Position numbers and translations under genes: made by a program. The notes under the pieces were generated by a model, which saw only the letters and a list, made by a program, of their open reading frames with translations, had not been told where the DNA came from and did no database searches. Below are positions 33,857 through 44,003 of a DNA stretch of 64,000 nt, one piece after another. Origin of the DNA: a virus (taxonomy: Duplodnaviria; Caudoviricetes); IMG/VR virus record IMGVR_UViG_3300027749_000034. One strand, given 5' to 3'. Positions within the stretch are counted from its first letter, which is position 1. The number at the start of each line of letters is the position of its first letter.

Positions 33857-33929
33857 AAGAATATGGACACAAAGTTCATATGCGTTGGACAAGCGTTTCT
33901 TGTTCACACACTCACAGACAGGAGTTATT

Positions 33930-34220
33930 ATGAGTGAAAAACTTTTTACAGTAGTCGGTTATTCAACCAAAGATGGCAAAGTCAAAGCTCGCTTTGCAAC
34001 AGACATGACACGAATCAAGACCTTGGTCAAGACCGGTCATACTGACATTCAACTTTACGAGTTGGCCAAGCCAGCAACTAAAATTGAAGCACTGGAATTC
34101 TTGCACAGCAAGAACATCCACGGCACCGCAGGAGTTGCCGTTGCTGAGGAATTGGCCAAGCGTACCAAGCGCAAGGTTTCTGACCTCATCAAGACAGGCC
34201 CTGTTTCCAAAGCCGCCTAA
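33930..34220 (+). CDS. basic hypothetical protein
   Basis: AGGAG SD, ATG 33930. Confidence 0.75.
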   Translation: MSEKLFTVVGYSTKDGKVKARFATDMTRIKTLVKTGHTDIQLYELAKPATKIEALEFLHSKNIHGTAGVAVAEELAKRTKRKVSDLIKTGPVSKAA

Positions 34221-34279
34221 TAGACTTTGGGCCCTTTGGGGGCGGGCCAATGCCCCCTACATATTTTAAAGGATGCCAC

Positions 34280-35599
34280 ATGTCGACTACAGTTAACACT
34301 TTTATTATCCATGCACTAGAAACACATCCTAGCCGCTTGAATAAAGAAGCAATAATTGAAGCCGAGGCAAAAGCAGGGAATGACGAATTCTTTGCCGGTG
34401 TGCGCCTTGCACTGGACCCAATGATCACATTTGGTGTCAAGAAAGTTCCTCGGCATGGTGGCCCAGATGGACAGGGTTTACCATGGGCGGCATTCAAAGC
34501 CCTGGCAGATAGTCTTGCCAGTCGTCAGTTAACAGGTGACGCGGCCCGAGATGCAATTGAACTTTGCCTCAAGACTGCAAAACAAACTGAGTGGAACGAT
34601 TGGTACATGCGTATCCTTACCAAGGACCTACGAGCCGGGTTTGGCGAGAACACAGTCAACAAAGTAGTCAAGAAAATCAAACCTGCCTACATGATACCAG
34701 TGTTTGAATGTCAGCTTGCACATGATAGTGCCAACCATGAAAGTAAAGTATGCGGACAACGCCTAATCGAAGTCAAGTTGGATGGAGTTCGTGTTTTGAC
34801 AATCGTGTACCCGGATGGTCGAGTAAACCAGTACAGCCGCAATGGCAAGGAATTGGTGAACTTTGGTCACATCAAAAACCAATTCGAGCAAATAGCGACT
34901 GGCTTGCTGGAGCCCTGGGTGTTCGACGGCGAGATAATGTCAAGTAGTTTTCAGGACTTGATGAAGCAGGTGCATCGCAAAAGTGATGTGGATGCTGGTG
35001 ATGCAATTTTAAACTTGTTTGATTGTGTTCCGTTGGTACACTTTAAAGCAGGCCAGTGGAACGCCACACAAACATTTCGTAGTAACCATCTAACCACATT
35101 TGTTGAGCACCATAAAGCTGTTCTAACAAGTGTAAGAGCCTTGGGCCAAGAAACGGTTGATCTTGACACTCCGGCAGGACAGAAGCGTTTTAAAGAGATA
35201 AACAAGAATGCAATAGCTGGCGGTTATGAAGGTATTATGATTAAGGATCCGAATGCTCCTTATGAGTGCAAGCGAAGTGTGTCTTGGCTCAAACTCAAAC
35301 CCTTCATTGAAGTAAGCTTGGAGGTAAAAGATGTTGAAGAAGGAACAGGAAAAAACATTGGTCGGCTTGGAGCGGTTGTATGTGAAGGAATCGACGATGG
35401 TAAAACGATCAAGACTAATGTTGGGTCTGGCTTTACTGATGTTGATCGTGATAGCTTTTGGGGTTCACGCAATAACATTCTTGGACAATATATCGAAGTG
35501 CGAGCAGATGCTATCACACAGAACCAAGATGGCACTTTCTCCCTCCGCTTTCCTCGATTCCTACGATTCCGCGGATTCGAAGTTGGCGAGAAAATTTGA
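34280..35599 (+). CDS. lig: ATP-dependent DNA ligase
   Basis: EVKLDGVR (KxDG), FDGE, EGIMIK, WLKLK, SLRFPRF. Confidence 0.95.
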   Translation: MSTTVNTFIIHALETHPSRLNKEAIIEAEAKAGNDEFFAGVRLALDPMITFGVKKVPRHGGPDGQGLPWAAFKALADSLASRQLTGDAARDAIELCLKTAKQTEWNDWYMRILTKDLRAGFGENTVNKVVKKIKPAYMIPVFECQLAHDSANHESKVCGQRLIEVKLDGVRVLTIVYPDGRVNQYSRNGKELVNFGHIKNQFEQIATGLLEPWVFDGEIMSSSFQDLMKQVHRKSDVDAGDAILNLFDCVPLVHFKAGQWNATQTFRSNHLTTFVEHHKAVLTSVRALGQETVDLDTPAGQKRFKEINKNAIAGGYEGIMIKDPNAPYECKRSVSWLKLKPFIEVSLEVKDVEEGTGKNIGRLGAVVCEGIDDGKTIKTNVGSGFTDVDRDSFWGSRNNILGQYIEVRADAITQNQDGTFSLRFPRFLRFRGFEVGEKI

Positions 35600-35655
35600 A
35601 TTTGAATGCAAGTTTCCAGGATATGGATTACCACCATCAAAAGCAGAACTAGAAG

Positions 35656-35859
35656 ATGATTAGAGCTATCAAACCCAAAGATCCACACTTTGTCATCAAT
35701 GATGGATTTATAGTTGCCAATCGTGCAGGCATTGAGATTAGTCAACGATGCCCAGAAAATTACAAGGATCTTATTGTAGAGTGTATTAACCACGGTTGGC
35801 TTAAACCTGTGGCCCATGTCACAGCAGAAGAATATATGGTAATGAAATTGAGCAATTAG
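35656..35859 (+). CDS. hypothetical protein
   Basis: ORF. Confidence 0.65.
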   Translation: MIRAIKPKDPHFVINDGFIVANRAGIEISQRCPENYKDLIVECINHGWLKPVAHVTAEEYMVMKLSN

Positions 35860-35868
35860 GAGAACAAG

Positions 35869-36108
35869 ATGAAAGTAGTAAGCATTGATCCAAAAGAAAA
35901 AGAAAAACAAAAGATTAAGAATGACTTACTAGAAGTGCTAGATGAGATGCGTACTCAAATTGAAGATGGCAACATCGTAGAATTTGTAGCAGTAAGTATA
36001 TGTGATGATGGTGAATGTCAAATACATGCCAAGGTAATAGACTTGCCAACAGGCATAGGTCTGTTTGAAATAGGCAAGCATATGATGATACAACAGGAAG
36101 CCTATTAA
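35869..36108 (+). CDS. hypothetical protein
   Basis: AGGAG SD. Confidence 0.7.
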   Translation: MKVVSIDPKEKEKQKIKNDLLEVLDEMRTQIEDGNIVEFVAVSICDDGECQIHAKVIDLPTGIGLFEIGKHMMIQQEAY

Positions 36109-36422
36109 TGGCCAGGAAGAAAAAAACAGAAGTTACCGATCAGGACTTAATCAACGACCTAGATGCGTTAATGTTAGAATTTGATGAATTGATTAAACAG
36201 GAGAAAAATATGGCAACAGCTAAATCAGTAAATCGACTTGGTGACAAGTTGACAAAGGTAAATGAATCATTTACCGTTAATATGTATGACAACGGCTTCA
36301 TGGTAGAAGCAGGTGGTCGCAACAAGAAAGGCGATTATGTCAACGCTAAGATCTTGTGCAACACCTTAGACGAAGTGCTGGCACTGGTCAAGGAAGCTGG
36401 TGAGATGGACAGAGATGTCTAA
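36108..36422 (+). CDS. hypothetical protein (internal start likely at 36210)
   Basis: Internal AGGAG SD before ATG 36210. Confidence 0.65.
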   Translation: MARKKKTEVTDQDLINDLDALMLEFDELIKQEKNMATAKSVNRLGDKLTKVNESFTVNMYDNGFMVEAGGRNKKGDYVNAKILCNTLDEVLALVKEAGEMDRDV

Positions 36423-36423
36423 T

Positions 36424-37200
36424 ATGGAAAACAATCTTTTTGATATCCAAGTACACGATGGATTAGTACCCAAGGATTTCCAAAAAGAACTATGGGAATA
36501 TCTGCGTGAACAGACTTGGCATGTTTTTTGGTTAGCTCAAAAAGAGACACCTGGACGCTTAGATCGTTTTAAACCCAAAGATGGATATTGGGCACGGGCT
36601 TGGCCAGTGTGGCCTAGAGCAGGTTTTCATCGATGCTGTATTGCAACTGATGAAAATACTTTAAAAGATCGGCATCCAATAATTTCAACTTTATGGGAAA
36701 CTATTAATGCTGGATTAGATAACCAATATGAGATTACTGGAAACCCTGAAGAAATGTATGACCGGGAATACTCTAGTAAATATGGAGTCGACGGCGAAGG
36801 CTGGCGTGTTTATGTTAATGGTACTGTAGGACAAATCAATGCTGGAACTTGGGGGCCGCATAGGGACACACCAAATCTAGAAGATGATACAAGTGTAACA
36901 ATAATTTATTGTCTTAACCTAGAATGGTATCCAAGATTTGGTGGCGAATTTATTTTCTTCCCAGAGGATCCCGACGGTTCAACAGGAGACCACCAACAAT
37001 TTAATGTTGGCGCACAACAACAGCGAGGTTTTAATATTGGCTGGGCTGATAAGGGGCGACTAGTAAGTCCGATCCCAGGTAGGATATTAGTGTATGATGG
37101 CAGATGCTTACATACCACATATTCACCATCAACAACATCACAATCAGATCCATTTTGGAGAGTTGTGTTTAGAGCAAGGAGAAAAACAAATGTTCAATAA
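36424..37200 (+). CDS. 2OG-Fe(II) oxygenase
   Basis: PHRD, WYPRFGGEFIFF, LHTT, R-x-[VS]. Confidence 0.8.
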   Translation: MENNLFDIQVHDGLVPKDFQKELWEYLREQTWHVFWLAQKETPGRLDRFKPKDGYWARAWPVWPRAGFHRCCIATDENTLKDRHPIISTLWETINAGLDNQYEITGNPEEMYDREYSSKYGVDGEGWRVYVNGTVGQINAGTWGPHRDTPNLEDDTSVTIIYCLNLEWYPRFGGEFIFFPEDPDGSTGDHQQFNVGAQQQRGFNIGWADKGRLVSPIPGRILVYDGRCLHTTYSPSTTSQSDPFWRVVFRARRKTNVQ

Positions 37201-37885
37201 TGATGTATTTGCAAGTGAAACGATTTATTATCGTAGTGCCGAGGAAATCAATGACTCAATGATCCGAGTCTACAACTACATGGCTCTGGCAGTAGTCAAT
37301 TCCATGTTGGTCAGTTTCTTAATCAGTTCTAGTCCAGCACTGATGGCAGTTTTGTTTACAGGTGTAATGAAGTGGATTGTAATGCTGGCACCTGTTGCGG
37401 CAATTTTTGCAGTTGGTATGTTTATTGACAAGGTGTCCAAAGGTGGCGCATTGTTAATGCTACATGGATTTGCCGCACTGATGGGACTGAGTTTTGGATT
37501 TATTTTTGCAGTATATTCACTGGGATCTATTGTTGGAGCATTCATGGGAGCCGCAGTATTATTTGGTTCAATGAGTCTGTATGGATACTTTACCAAGCGA
37601 AGTCTTGAGAGTATGGGCCAGTTTATGTTCATTGGATTAATTGCAATCTTGATTGCCAGTGTAGTCAATATCTTTATCGGTAGTACAGTAATGCAGATGG
37701 TGATCAGTGCCCTGGCAATCATTATCTTCTTAGGATTGACTGCATACGACACACAAAATATTCGAGAAGCTGTCAGTGTGATTCATGAAGGCAACGAAGA
37801 AGTAAAAGGTGCGCTGACATTGTACATGGACTTTATCAACATCTTTATTAATCTATTGCAATTGTTTGGAGATAGGAAAGAGTAA
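37190..37885 (+). CDS. Bax inhibitor-1/YccA family membrane protein
   Basis: Seven TM; GLTAYDTQ, ALTLYMDFINIF. Confidence 0.9.
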   Translation: MFNNDVFASETIYYRSAEEINDSMIRVYNYMALAVVNSMLVSFLISSSPALMAVLFTGVMKWIVMLAPVAAIFAVGMFIDKVSKGGALLMLHGFAALMGLSFGFIFAVYSLGSIVGAFMGAAVLFGSMSLYGYFTKRSLESMGQFMFIGLIAILIASVVNIFIGSTVMQMVISALAIIIFLGLTAYDTQNIREAVSVIHEGNEEVKGALTLYMDFINIFINLLQLFGDRKE

Positions 37886-37886
37886 T

Positions 37887-38423
37887 ATGGAAAATACAAA
37901 ATTTATACCTAATGTGACCTTTGCATTCCGCGAAGGCGATGAAGCACCTGCTGACGGCGGATGCCCGATTGGCGGAGAATTTGTGTTTAAAACAGCCAAT
38001 GAGTTGTTTGACAACAAGCGAGTAATTATTTTTAGTTTACCAGGCGCATTTACACCAACTTGCAGTACATTTCAGTTACCCGGCTTTGAACAGCACTACA
38101 TCGACTTCAAAGCACAGGGCATTGATGAAATCTATTGCATCAGTGTCAACGATGCCTTTGTAATGAACGAGTGGGCCCGTAGCCTTGGCATCAAAAATGT
38201 AAAAGTTATTCCAGATGGTGCTGGCAAATTTACCAAACTGATGGACATGTTGGTTGATATGAGTGACATTGGATTTGGTTCTCGCAGTCATCGTTATGCC
38301 GCAATTATAAGTAATGGCAAGGTAGAACGAATGTTCAAAGAACCAGATTCATCCAAAGATGATGCAGATCCGTACGGGGTATCTAGTCCTGAAAATGTAA
38401 TGAAATACCTGCAAGGAGAATAA
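37887..38423 (+). CDS. peroxiredoxin (Prx5/PrxII type)
   Basis: FSLPGAFTPTCS, SVNDAFVM, DGAGKFT. Confidence 0.92.
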   Translation: MENTKFIPNVTFAFREGDEAPADGGCPIGGEFVFKTANELFDNKRVIIFSLPGAFTPTCSTFQLPGFEQHYIDFKAQGIDEIYCISVNDAFVMNEWARSLGIKNVKVIPDGAGKFTKLMDMLVDMSDIGFGSRSHRYAAIISNGKVERMFKEPDSSKDDADPYGVSSPENVMKYLQGE

Positions 38424-38424
38424 C

Positions 38425-38625
38425 ATGGAAGCAGTCAATCGTGCCGCACAAGATGCCAGTAGAATCTATGATCAAATGCAACTTAAAAAATTAGATCAGC
38501 GGCATGAAGAACTCAGGTTAGAAGCTCAGCGTGTCAAAGAAAACCAAGTAGAAAATGAGCGCAAGCGAATTGAAATGAATCGACAGATGAATCGTGCAGG
38601 ACAGAATGTAGACAAGATGGCATAA
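38425..38625 (+). CDS. hypothetical coiled-coil protein
   Basis: AAGGAG SD. Confidence 0.7.
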   Translation: MEAVNRAAQDASRIYDQMQLKKLDQRHEELRLEAQRVKENQVENERKRIEMNRQMNRAGQNVDKMA

Positions 38626-38633
38626 GGAATACA

Positions 38634-38870
38634 ATGGAAACCGCTAAATCAATCTCTGAAAATCTAATTACAAGAGCCAAGAACTTGCAAGAGTTTACAG
38701 TATTTCGTAACTTGGATAGGTTTCCTTTTTCTGCAGGTCGTATTCCATTTGATGTTCGACACAATGTAGGCTACCCAATGGAGTTTGATGTGCCGGCCTT
38801 GACACAACAAGAGGCCGAAGAGCGGGTTGACACCTGGCTCAATGACATTGAGAATAATGATGAATCCTAG
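38634..38870 (+). CDS. hypothetical protein
   Basis: AAGGA SD. Confidence 0.7.
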   Translation: METAKSISENLITRAKNLQEFTVFRNLDRFPFSAGRIPFDVRHNVGYPMEFDVPALTQQEAEERVDTWLNDIENNDES

Positions 38871-39021
38871 AGTTGAAATACAATTTTATAAAGAAACAGC
38901 CGATGGCTTAATAGTATCTAGAACTGAATTGTGTGACAATGAGTTTGAAGCAGACGCAATTATAGAAGCCGAAGAAGGCCACTATGACAAGGTACTAATA
39001 ATCGATCTTAGAGAGAAATAA
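38857..39021 (+). CDS. acidic hypothetical protein
   Basis: ORF. Confidence 0.55.
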   Translation: MMNPRVEIQFYKETADGLIVSRTELCDNEFEADAIIEAEEGHYDKVLIIDLREK

Positions 39022-39022
39022 C

Positions 39023-39382
39023 ATGTTATTATTTGAAGCCGCATTGCTAATGCTTTTTATCAAGCATTGGTTATGCGATTTTGTTTGGCAAACCCAACAG
39101 ATGATGCAAGACAAAGGCACCTATGGAGCCAAGCATGGGCTATTGCATTCTGCATACCACGGCCTTGGTACCTTTGTAGTATTTGCAGTATCGGGTATGG
39201 TGTTTGCATTGTTTTTGGCAATCATTGATTTTGTACTTCATTATCATATTGATTGGGCAAAAATGAATTATGGTATCAAAGACAATACTACCTCACGGTA
39301 CTGGGCCGAGTTTGGCCTTGACCAACTTGCTCATAGTGCAACATACCTAATCATTGTTGCAATATTTGTAAGATCAGTATAA
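39023..39382 (+). CDS. DUF3307 family membrane protein
   Basis: KHWLCDFVWQ, HYHIDWAK, GLDQLAH. Confidence 0.85.
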   Translation: MLLFEAALLMLFIKHWLCDFVWQTQQMMQDKGTYGAKHGLLHSAYHGLGTFVVFAVSGMVFALFLAIIDFVLHYHIDWAKMNYGIKDNTTSRYWAEFGLDQLAHSATYLIIVAIFVRSV

Positions 39383-39397
39383 TCAGTTACATCAATT

Positions 39398-39427
39398 CAA
39401 AAGGCCATTCGTGGCCTTTTGTTTTTT
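39398..39427 (+). terminator. intrinsic terminator
   Basis: CAAAAGGCCA-TTCG-TGGCCTTTTG then T-tract. Confidence 0.85.
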
Positions 39428-39428
39428 A

Positions 39429-39434
39429 TAAGTA
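39429..39434 (+). promoter_or_regulatory. T4-late-like promoter box heading the radical SAM array
   Basis: TAAGTA-N6-ATG(39441). Confidence 0.6.
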
Positions 39435-39440
39435 GTGTTA

Positions 39441-41099
39441 ATGAATTTCTTTGACAAAATTTCCAAGCAAGTAAAAGAGCCGCCTAAGAGAAAAGACTTT
39501 GGTTATACTGAGTATTTTCAAAAGGCAGAGAACATGCGAGACAACCTGGACAAAATTAGTCCAACAATGTGTCTGGCCAAGTGGTTACAAGTCAGTATCA
39601 ATCTGGCCAACGGTACCACACAAAGTTGTTATCATCCGCCTCCGCATGCTATTCCACTACTAGAGCTCAAAGAAAATCCCAGCGCATTGCATAACACCAA
39701 GTTCAAAAAACAAGAACGAGAACTAATGTTGACTGGCAAGCGGCCAGAAGGTTGTAGTTACTGTTGGCGTGTGGAAGATGCACCTGGTGGTGGCCCACAA
39801 GGACACCTTAGTGATAGACATTACAAGTCCAGCGAAGACTGGGCCGCCCCTGACTTTCGCAATGTAGTTCTAAAGGAGGCCGATTTCGATATTGTTCCAC
39901 GATATGTCGAAGTGAATTTTAATCAGGCTTGTAATTTCAAATGCATGTACTGTAGTCCTCATATCAGTACAGCATGGGAAGAAGAAATCAAACAGCATGG
40001 ACCTTACAACTTTGACTTGCCGGGCAAAAACAAGGTTGATCATAACAATCTACGCAATTTAAAAGTTTCAGGATACATGCCGCTAGAAGTTGCTGTCAAA
40101 GATAATCCTTATGTGACAGCATTTTGGAAATGGTGGCCAGACATTTATCGTACACTACGAGTATTTCGTATGACTGGCGGCGAACCATTGATGGATCGGA
40201 ATACCTTTAAGGTGTTGGACTATGTGAATGAGAATCCACATGGACAATTAGAACTAAGCATTACCAGCAACATGTGTCCGCCGGATCAAAAGTTATTTGA
40301 CAAGTTTATTAGCAAAGTACAGGCCATTGAAGTCATACGCACTTATGAAGATACTGAAAACTTCAACAAGTTCAGTGGCAATCATTGGTATGTGGACAAG
40401 GGCTTTAAACATTTCTGGTTATACATCAGCTTGGACGGAGTAGGTCAGCAAGCAGAATATATGCGTACTGGTTTAGACTATGCAAGATTAATGTCCAACA
40501 CTAGAAAGTTCTTAGCTGAAACTAAGTACACCACTGTCAGTTTCATCAACACCTTTAACATACTGTCAATTCCAAGTTTAAAAAGTTGGTTGCAAATGAT
40601 ATTAGATTTGCGAGTAGAATTCGGCGGCCGGAATCAAACTGAGTTTGAAATTGCTCCAGAACCAACAGAGCACGAAAAAGAACATGGCATTGAACACAAG
40701 AAGTATTTCCAAAAGAAGTTCCAAAGAATATTTTTAGACATACCATTGCTAAAATACCCCAACTGGTTTGATCCACAAAATGCAACGCCAACCTTGATTG
40801 CAACCATTGAAGATTGCTTGGAGTTTATGCGTAGCAATGCACAGCAAGAAGATTACAGAGAAACATTTGAAGGTTTCAAGCCACATGAGATATTGAAACT
40901 TGAAAGAAATCTAGCTATAATTAAAGAAGGCAAAGACCCTGCCGCTGTTCAAACGAATAGATTACAATTTTATCAATACATAAATGAGTATGATAGACGC
41001 AGAGATACTGCCTTCTTAGAAGTTTTTCCGGAGATGAACTCCTACTACAATGAATGTAAGTTGTTACAAATGAGAATAGACGATGCCAAAGAAACATAA
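39441..41099 (+). CDS. radical SAM protein, N-terminal twitch-like domain (array 1)
   Basis: CLAKW...SCYH...CSYCW; CNFKCMYC; GGEP. Confidence 0.9.
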   Translation: MNFFDKISKQVKEPPKRKDFGYTEYFQKAENMRDNLDKISPTMCLAKWLQVSINLANGTTQSCYHPPPHAIPLLELKENPSALHNTKFKKQERELMLTGKRPEGCSYCWRVEDAPGGGPQGHLSDRHYKSSEDWAAPDFRNVVLKEADFDIVPRYVEVNFNQACNFKCMYCSPHISTAWEEEIKQHGPYNFDLPGKNKVDHNNLRNLKVSGYMPLEVAVKDNPYVTAFWKWWPDIYRTLRVFRMTGGEPLMDRNTFKVLDYVNENPHGQLELSITSNMCPPDQKLFDKFISKVQAIEVIRTYEDTENFNKFSGNHWYVDKGFKHFWLYISLDGVGQQAEYMRTGLDYARLMSNTRKFLAETKYTTVSFINTFNILSIPSLKSWLQMILDLRVEFGGRNQTEFEIAPEPTEHEKEHGIEHKKYFQKKFQRIFLDIPLLKYPNWFDPQNATPTLIATIEDCLEFMRSNAQQEDYRETFEGFKPHEILKLERNLAIIKEGKDPAAVQTNRLQFYQYINEYDRRRDTAFLEVFPEMNSYYNECKLLQMRIDDAKET

Positions 41100-42621
41100 T
41101 GAATCCTTTGCCGAATACAAAATTCGGATGGTTGACAGCACTAGCGACAGCTTCTGTGCCGCCAAATGGCTCAATGCCACAATTTGGTTGGGCAATGGAC
41201 AAACAACCAGTTGCCACCATCCACTTGGACATCAAATTGATGCAAGTGAACTCGACGCCAATCCCACTGCCATTCACAATACACCGCACAAGAAACTCAT
41301 GCGTAAGATGATGCAGGAAGGTACTCGTCCACAAGAATGTGAGTACTGCTGGAAGATTGAAGACTTGGGTCGCAACAGCATATCGGATCGTGTGTACAAA
41401 ACTGCGGTGTTCTCGGACAAAGACATCATTGCGGCCGCTACCACACATTGGCAACACGATACAATGTTAAAGACATTGGAAATTTCGTTTGACCGTACTT
41501 GCAATTTTTCTTGCAGTTATTGCAACCCCAGCTTTAGTACCAGTTGGGTCAAAGACATTAAAAAGTTTGGCCCATATCGTAACATTGATGGTGATGCCCG
41601 TAGCCACTTTATCAATGCGGCTGACCATGCTATTCCAATTGCAGACGAAACCAATCCTTACATCAAAGCGTTTTGGCGCTGGTGGGATGAAGGGCTAGCC
41701 GACAACTTAGAAGAGATTCGAATCACTGGTGGCGAGCCATTGATGGCTCCGGGCGTTTGGAAACTGATGCAATGGTTCAAAGACAATCAAGAACGAGCAA
41801 CCAAACGAGCCGACGGCGGTGTATTGCGTTATGCCATCAACAGTAACCTGGTGCCCAAAGATGACTTGATGGACAAGTTTATTGAGTTGAGTAAGTTTGT
41901 TCCGCACCTGGAAGTTTATACCAGCAATGAAAGTGTGGGCGCACACAGCGAATACATTCGTGATGGTATGGTCTACAGCAAATGGAAAGACAATTTGCAT
42001 CGCTTGCACACTGAAGGCAATATTAAAAAGACACACATGATGATGACCATCAATAGTTTGTGTCTTGCCAGTATCACCGAATTCATGGATGAGATACTGG
42101 AATTCAAGCGTGAGCATAAAACTGTATATCCCACAATGAGTTTGAATATTCTGCGTTTTCCCAGCTTCCAGAGTTGCGCCATGTTGCCAACCAGCATTAG
42201 ACAAAAGTATCGCGACAAGTTACAAGCATGGTTGGATAATATAATTGCCCAGGATGAACGAGTACAAATGGGAACTGGCCCACATGGTTGGCCTATCATG
42301 ACTCCAATTGAGCGTGAACAAACACAACGACTGATTGACTATCTTGATGTCATCAAGACACCGCACAAGAATGTCAAGGATATGGGTCAACAGCACTTGG
42401 ACTTTAAAAACTTCTACACACAATATGATGTGCGTAGAGGCAAGGACTTCCGTGCAACATTTCCACAGGAGTTTGTTGATTGGTATGACAGCATTGATAC
42501 ACCAACTCCGTCAAGAGAAGAAATCCTAAGCGGAACATACAGCGATGAAACTGGACATATTCCAGACCATCCGCCCGAAGACCCCAGCAAGGAAGAATTT
42601 TTCAATCCGGACTTACAATGA
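41083..42621 (+). CDS. radical SAM protein (array 2)
   Basis: CAAKW...SCHH...CEYCW; CNFSCSYC; GGEP. Confidence 0.9.
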   Translation: MPKKHNESFAEYKIRMVDSTSDSFCAAKWLNATIWLGNGQTTSCHHPLGHQIDASELDANPTAIHNTPHKKLMRKMMQEGTRPQECEYCWKIEDLGRNSISDRVYKTAVFSDKDIIAAATTHWQHDTMLKTLEISFDRTCNFSCSYCNPSFSTSWVKDIKKFGPYRNIDGDARSHFINAADHAIPIADETNPYIKAFWRWWDEGLADNLEEIRITGGEPLMAPGVWKLMQWFKDNQERATKRADGGVLRYAINSNLVPKDDLMDKFIELSKFVPHLEVYTSNESVGAHSEYIRDGMVYSKWKDNLHRLHTEGNIKKTHMMMTINSLCLASITEFMDEILEFKREHKTVYPTMSLNILRFPSFQSCAMLPTSIRQKYRDKLQAWLDNIIAQDERVQMGTGPHGWPIMTPIEREQTQRLIDYLDVIKTPHKNVKDMGQQHLDFKNFYTQYDVRRGKDFRATFPQEFVDWYDSIDTPTPSREEILSGTYSDETGHIPDHPPEDPSKEEFFNPDLQ

Positions 42622-44003
42622 AACGAGTAATACCAATTTGGGAACCAGGTAAGCCAGCCAAGGACAATCCTAACCCTTATTTCTGTATGGCACCTTGGCG
42701 CCACACTTACATCAGTCCGCAAAGTGAGCGCAGACTCTGTTGTGCCAGTAGAGAAGAGCACAGCTTCCAGAAGCAATACATTGACAGTAGCAATGACAAG
42801 GCCTACGGAGCAGTGACTGAAAGCAAGACAGCATTGTCAGATTACCAGCCAGTCAGTTTAAAGGAACACTGGAACAGCGACTACATGAAAGATATTCGGG
42901 TCAAGCTGATGGCTGGTGAAGAAATTCCACAATGTGATGTGTGCAATCATAATTTACTAATGGAAGGCAGTTACAAGGGTTGGTTTACAGGTAATCTATT
43001 TCGCGAACAGATTCAACAGGCGTTTGATGCAACAGATGAAACAGGCCATACCACAATGGAACCTGTCAGCTTTGACTACAGGTTCAGTAACCTATGCAAT
43101 TTCAAATGCCGCATGTGTGGAGAACAATTGAGCAGTAGTTGGGAAGTTGAAAAGAAACAGCATGACCTATGGACACCCAAAGACCAACCCTTTATGGTTC
43201 CTGAAATCAAGTCTGCCATGCAAGACTTCCAAGCTCGTGTGGTAGAACCTGAATTTCGAGATGCAGTACAGCGTGGTATCATTGAAGAAATGTATTGGGT
43301 AGGTGGCGAGCCATTGATGTATGATATACATTGGTGGACGCTTGAAGAAATGCTTCGCAATGGCAGTGCAAAAGATTGTTACATGCGCTACAACAGCAAT
43401 CTAAGTCGTGTGGTGTTTGGTAAAAAGAATCTGTTTGATTACTTGCCGCAATTCAAAGACTGGATGATGTGTGCCAGCATAGATGGCACAGGTGAAATTG
43501 TAGAATATATTCGTACAGGCATCAAGTGGAACGAGTGGCTGGCCAACTTTAAAGAAGGGGTGAGCTTGCCTGGCGGTCGAGAGCGCATGAAACTGGATTT
43601 GACCATCACAGCACCGGGCATGTTCTCTCTCAAAGATCTATTTGAACTAAGCTTGGAATTAGATGTTGAAATCATCACAAAGATTACATTTGCGTTCCAT
43701 GCAGATATCATGTGGACACCAATGAGCTGGCCCAGACATATTTTAAATCGTCACATTGAGGAACTTGTTGCTTACATGCGACCTTTAGCAGGACCAAAGC
43801 AATGGAGTGTAATCTCTACCTTAGAGTCCATGCGTGATAGTAGACAAACACATGAAGAAGCCTTTCCAGAAACTTATAAGTCAGCGGCCCGCAACGGAAT
43901 GAATTGGGTCAAGCGGTTGGAAACAATCCGCAAAGATAAAACAACCATGGCCACAATCTATTCTGCAGATCCAGAACTGCTGGCTTGGTGGGAGAGTCTA
44001 TGA
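42618..44003 (+). CDS. radical SAM protein (array 3)
   Basis: CMAPW...LCC...CDVC; CNFKCRMC; GGEP. Confidence 0.9.
   Translation: MKRVIPIWEPGKPAKDNPNPYFCMAPWRHTYISPQSERRLCCASREEHSFQKQYIDSSNDKAYGAVTESKTALSDYQPVSLKEHWNSDYMKDIRVKLMAGEEIPQCDVCNHNLLMEGSYKGWFTGNLFREQIQQAFDATDETGHTTMEPVSFDYRFSNLCNFKCRMCGEQLSSSWEVEKKQHDLWTPKDQPFMVPEIKSAMQDFQARVVEPEFRDAVQRGIIEEMYWVGGEPLMYDIHWWTLEEMLRNGSAKDCYMRYNSNLSRVVFGKKNLFDYLPQFKDWMMCASIDGTGEIVEYIRTGIKWNEWLANFKEGVSLPGGRERMKLDLTITAPGMFSLKDLFELSLELDVEIITKITFAFHADIMWTPMSWPRHILNRHIEELVAYMRPLAGPKQWSVISTLESMRDSRQTHEEAFPETYKSAARNGMNWVKRLETIRKDKTTMATIYSADPELLAWWESL

Noticed and set aside
36108-36422. Programmed two-isoform gene (internal SD and ATG 36210)
   Set aside because: Equally explained by loss of a stop between two small genes; nothing in the sequence discriminates
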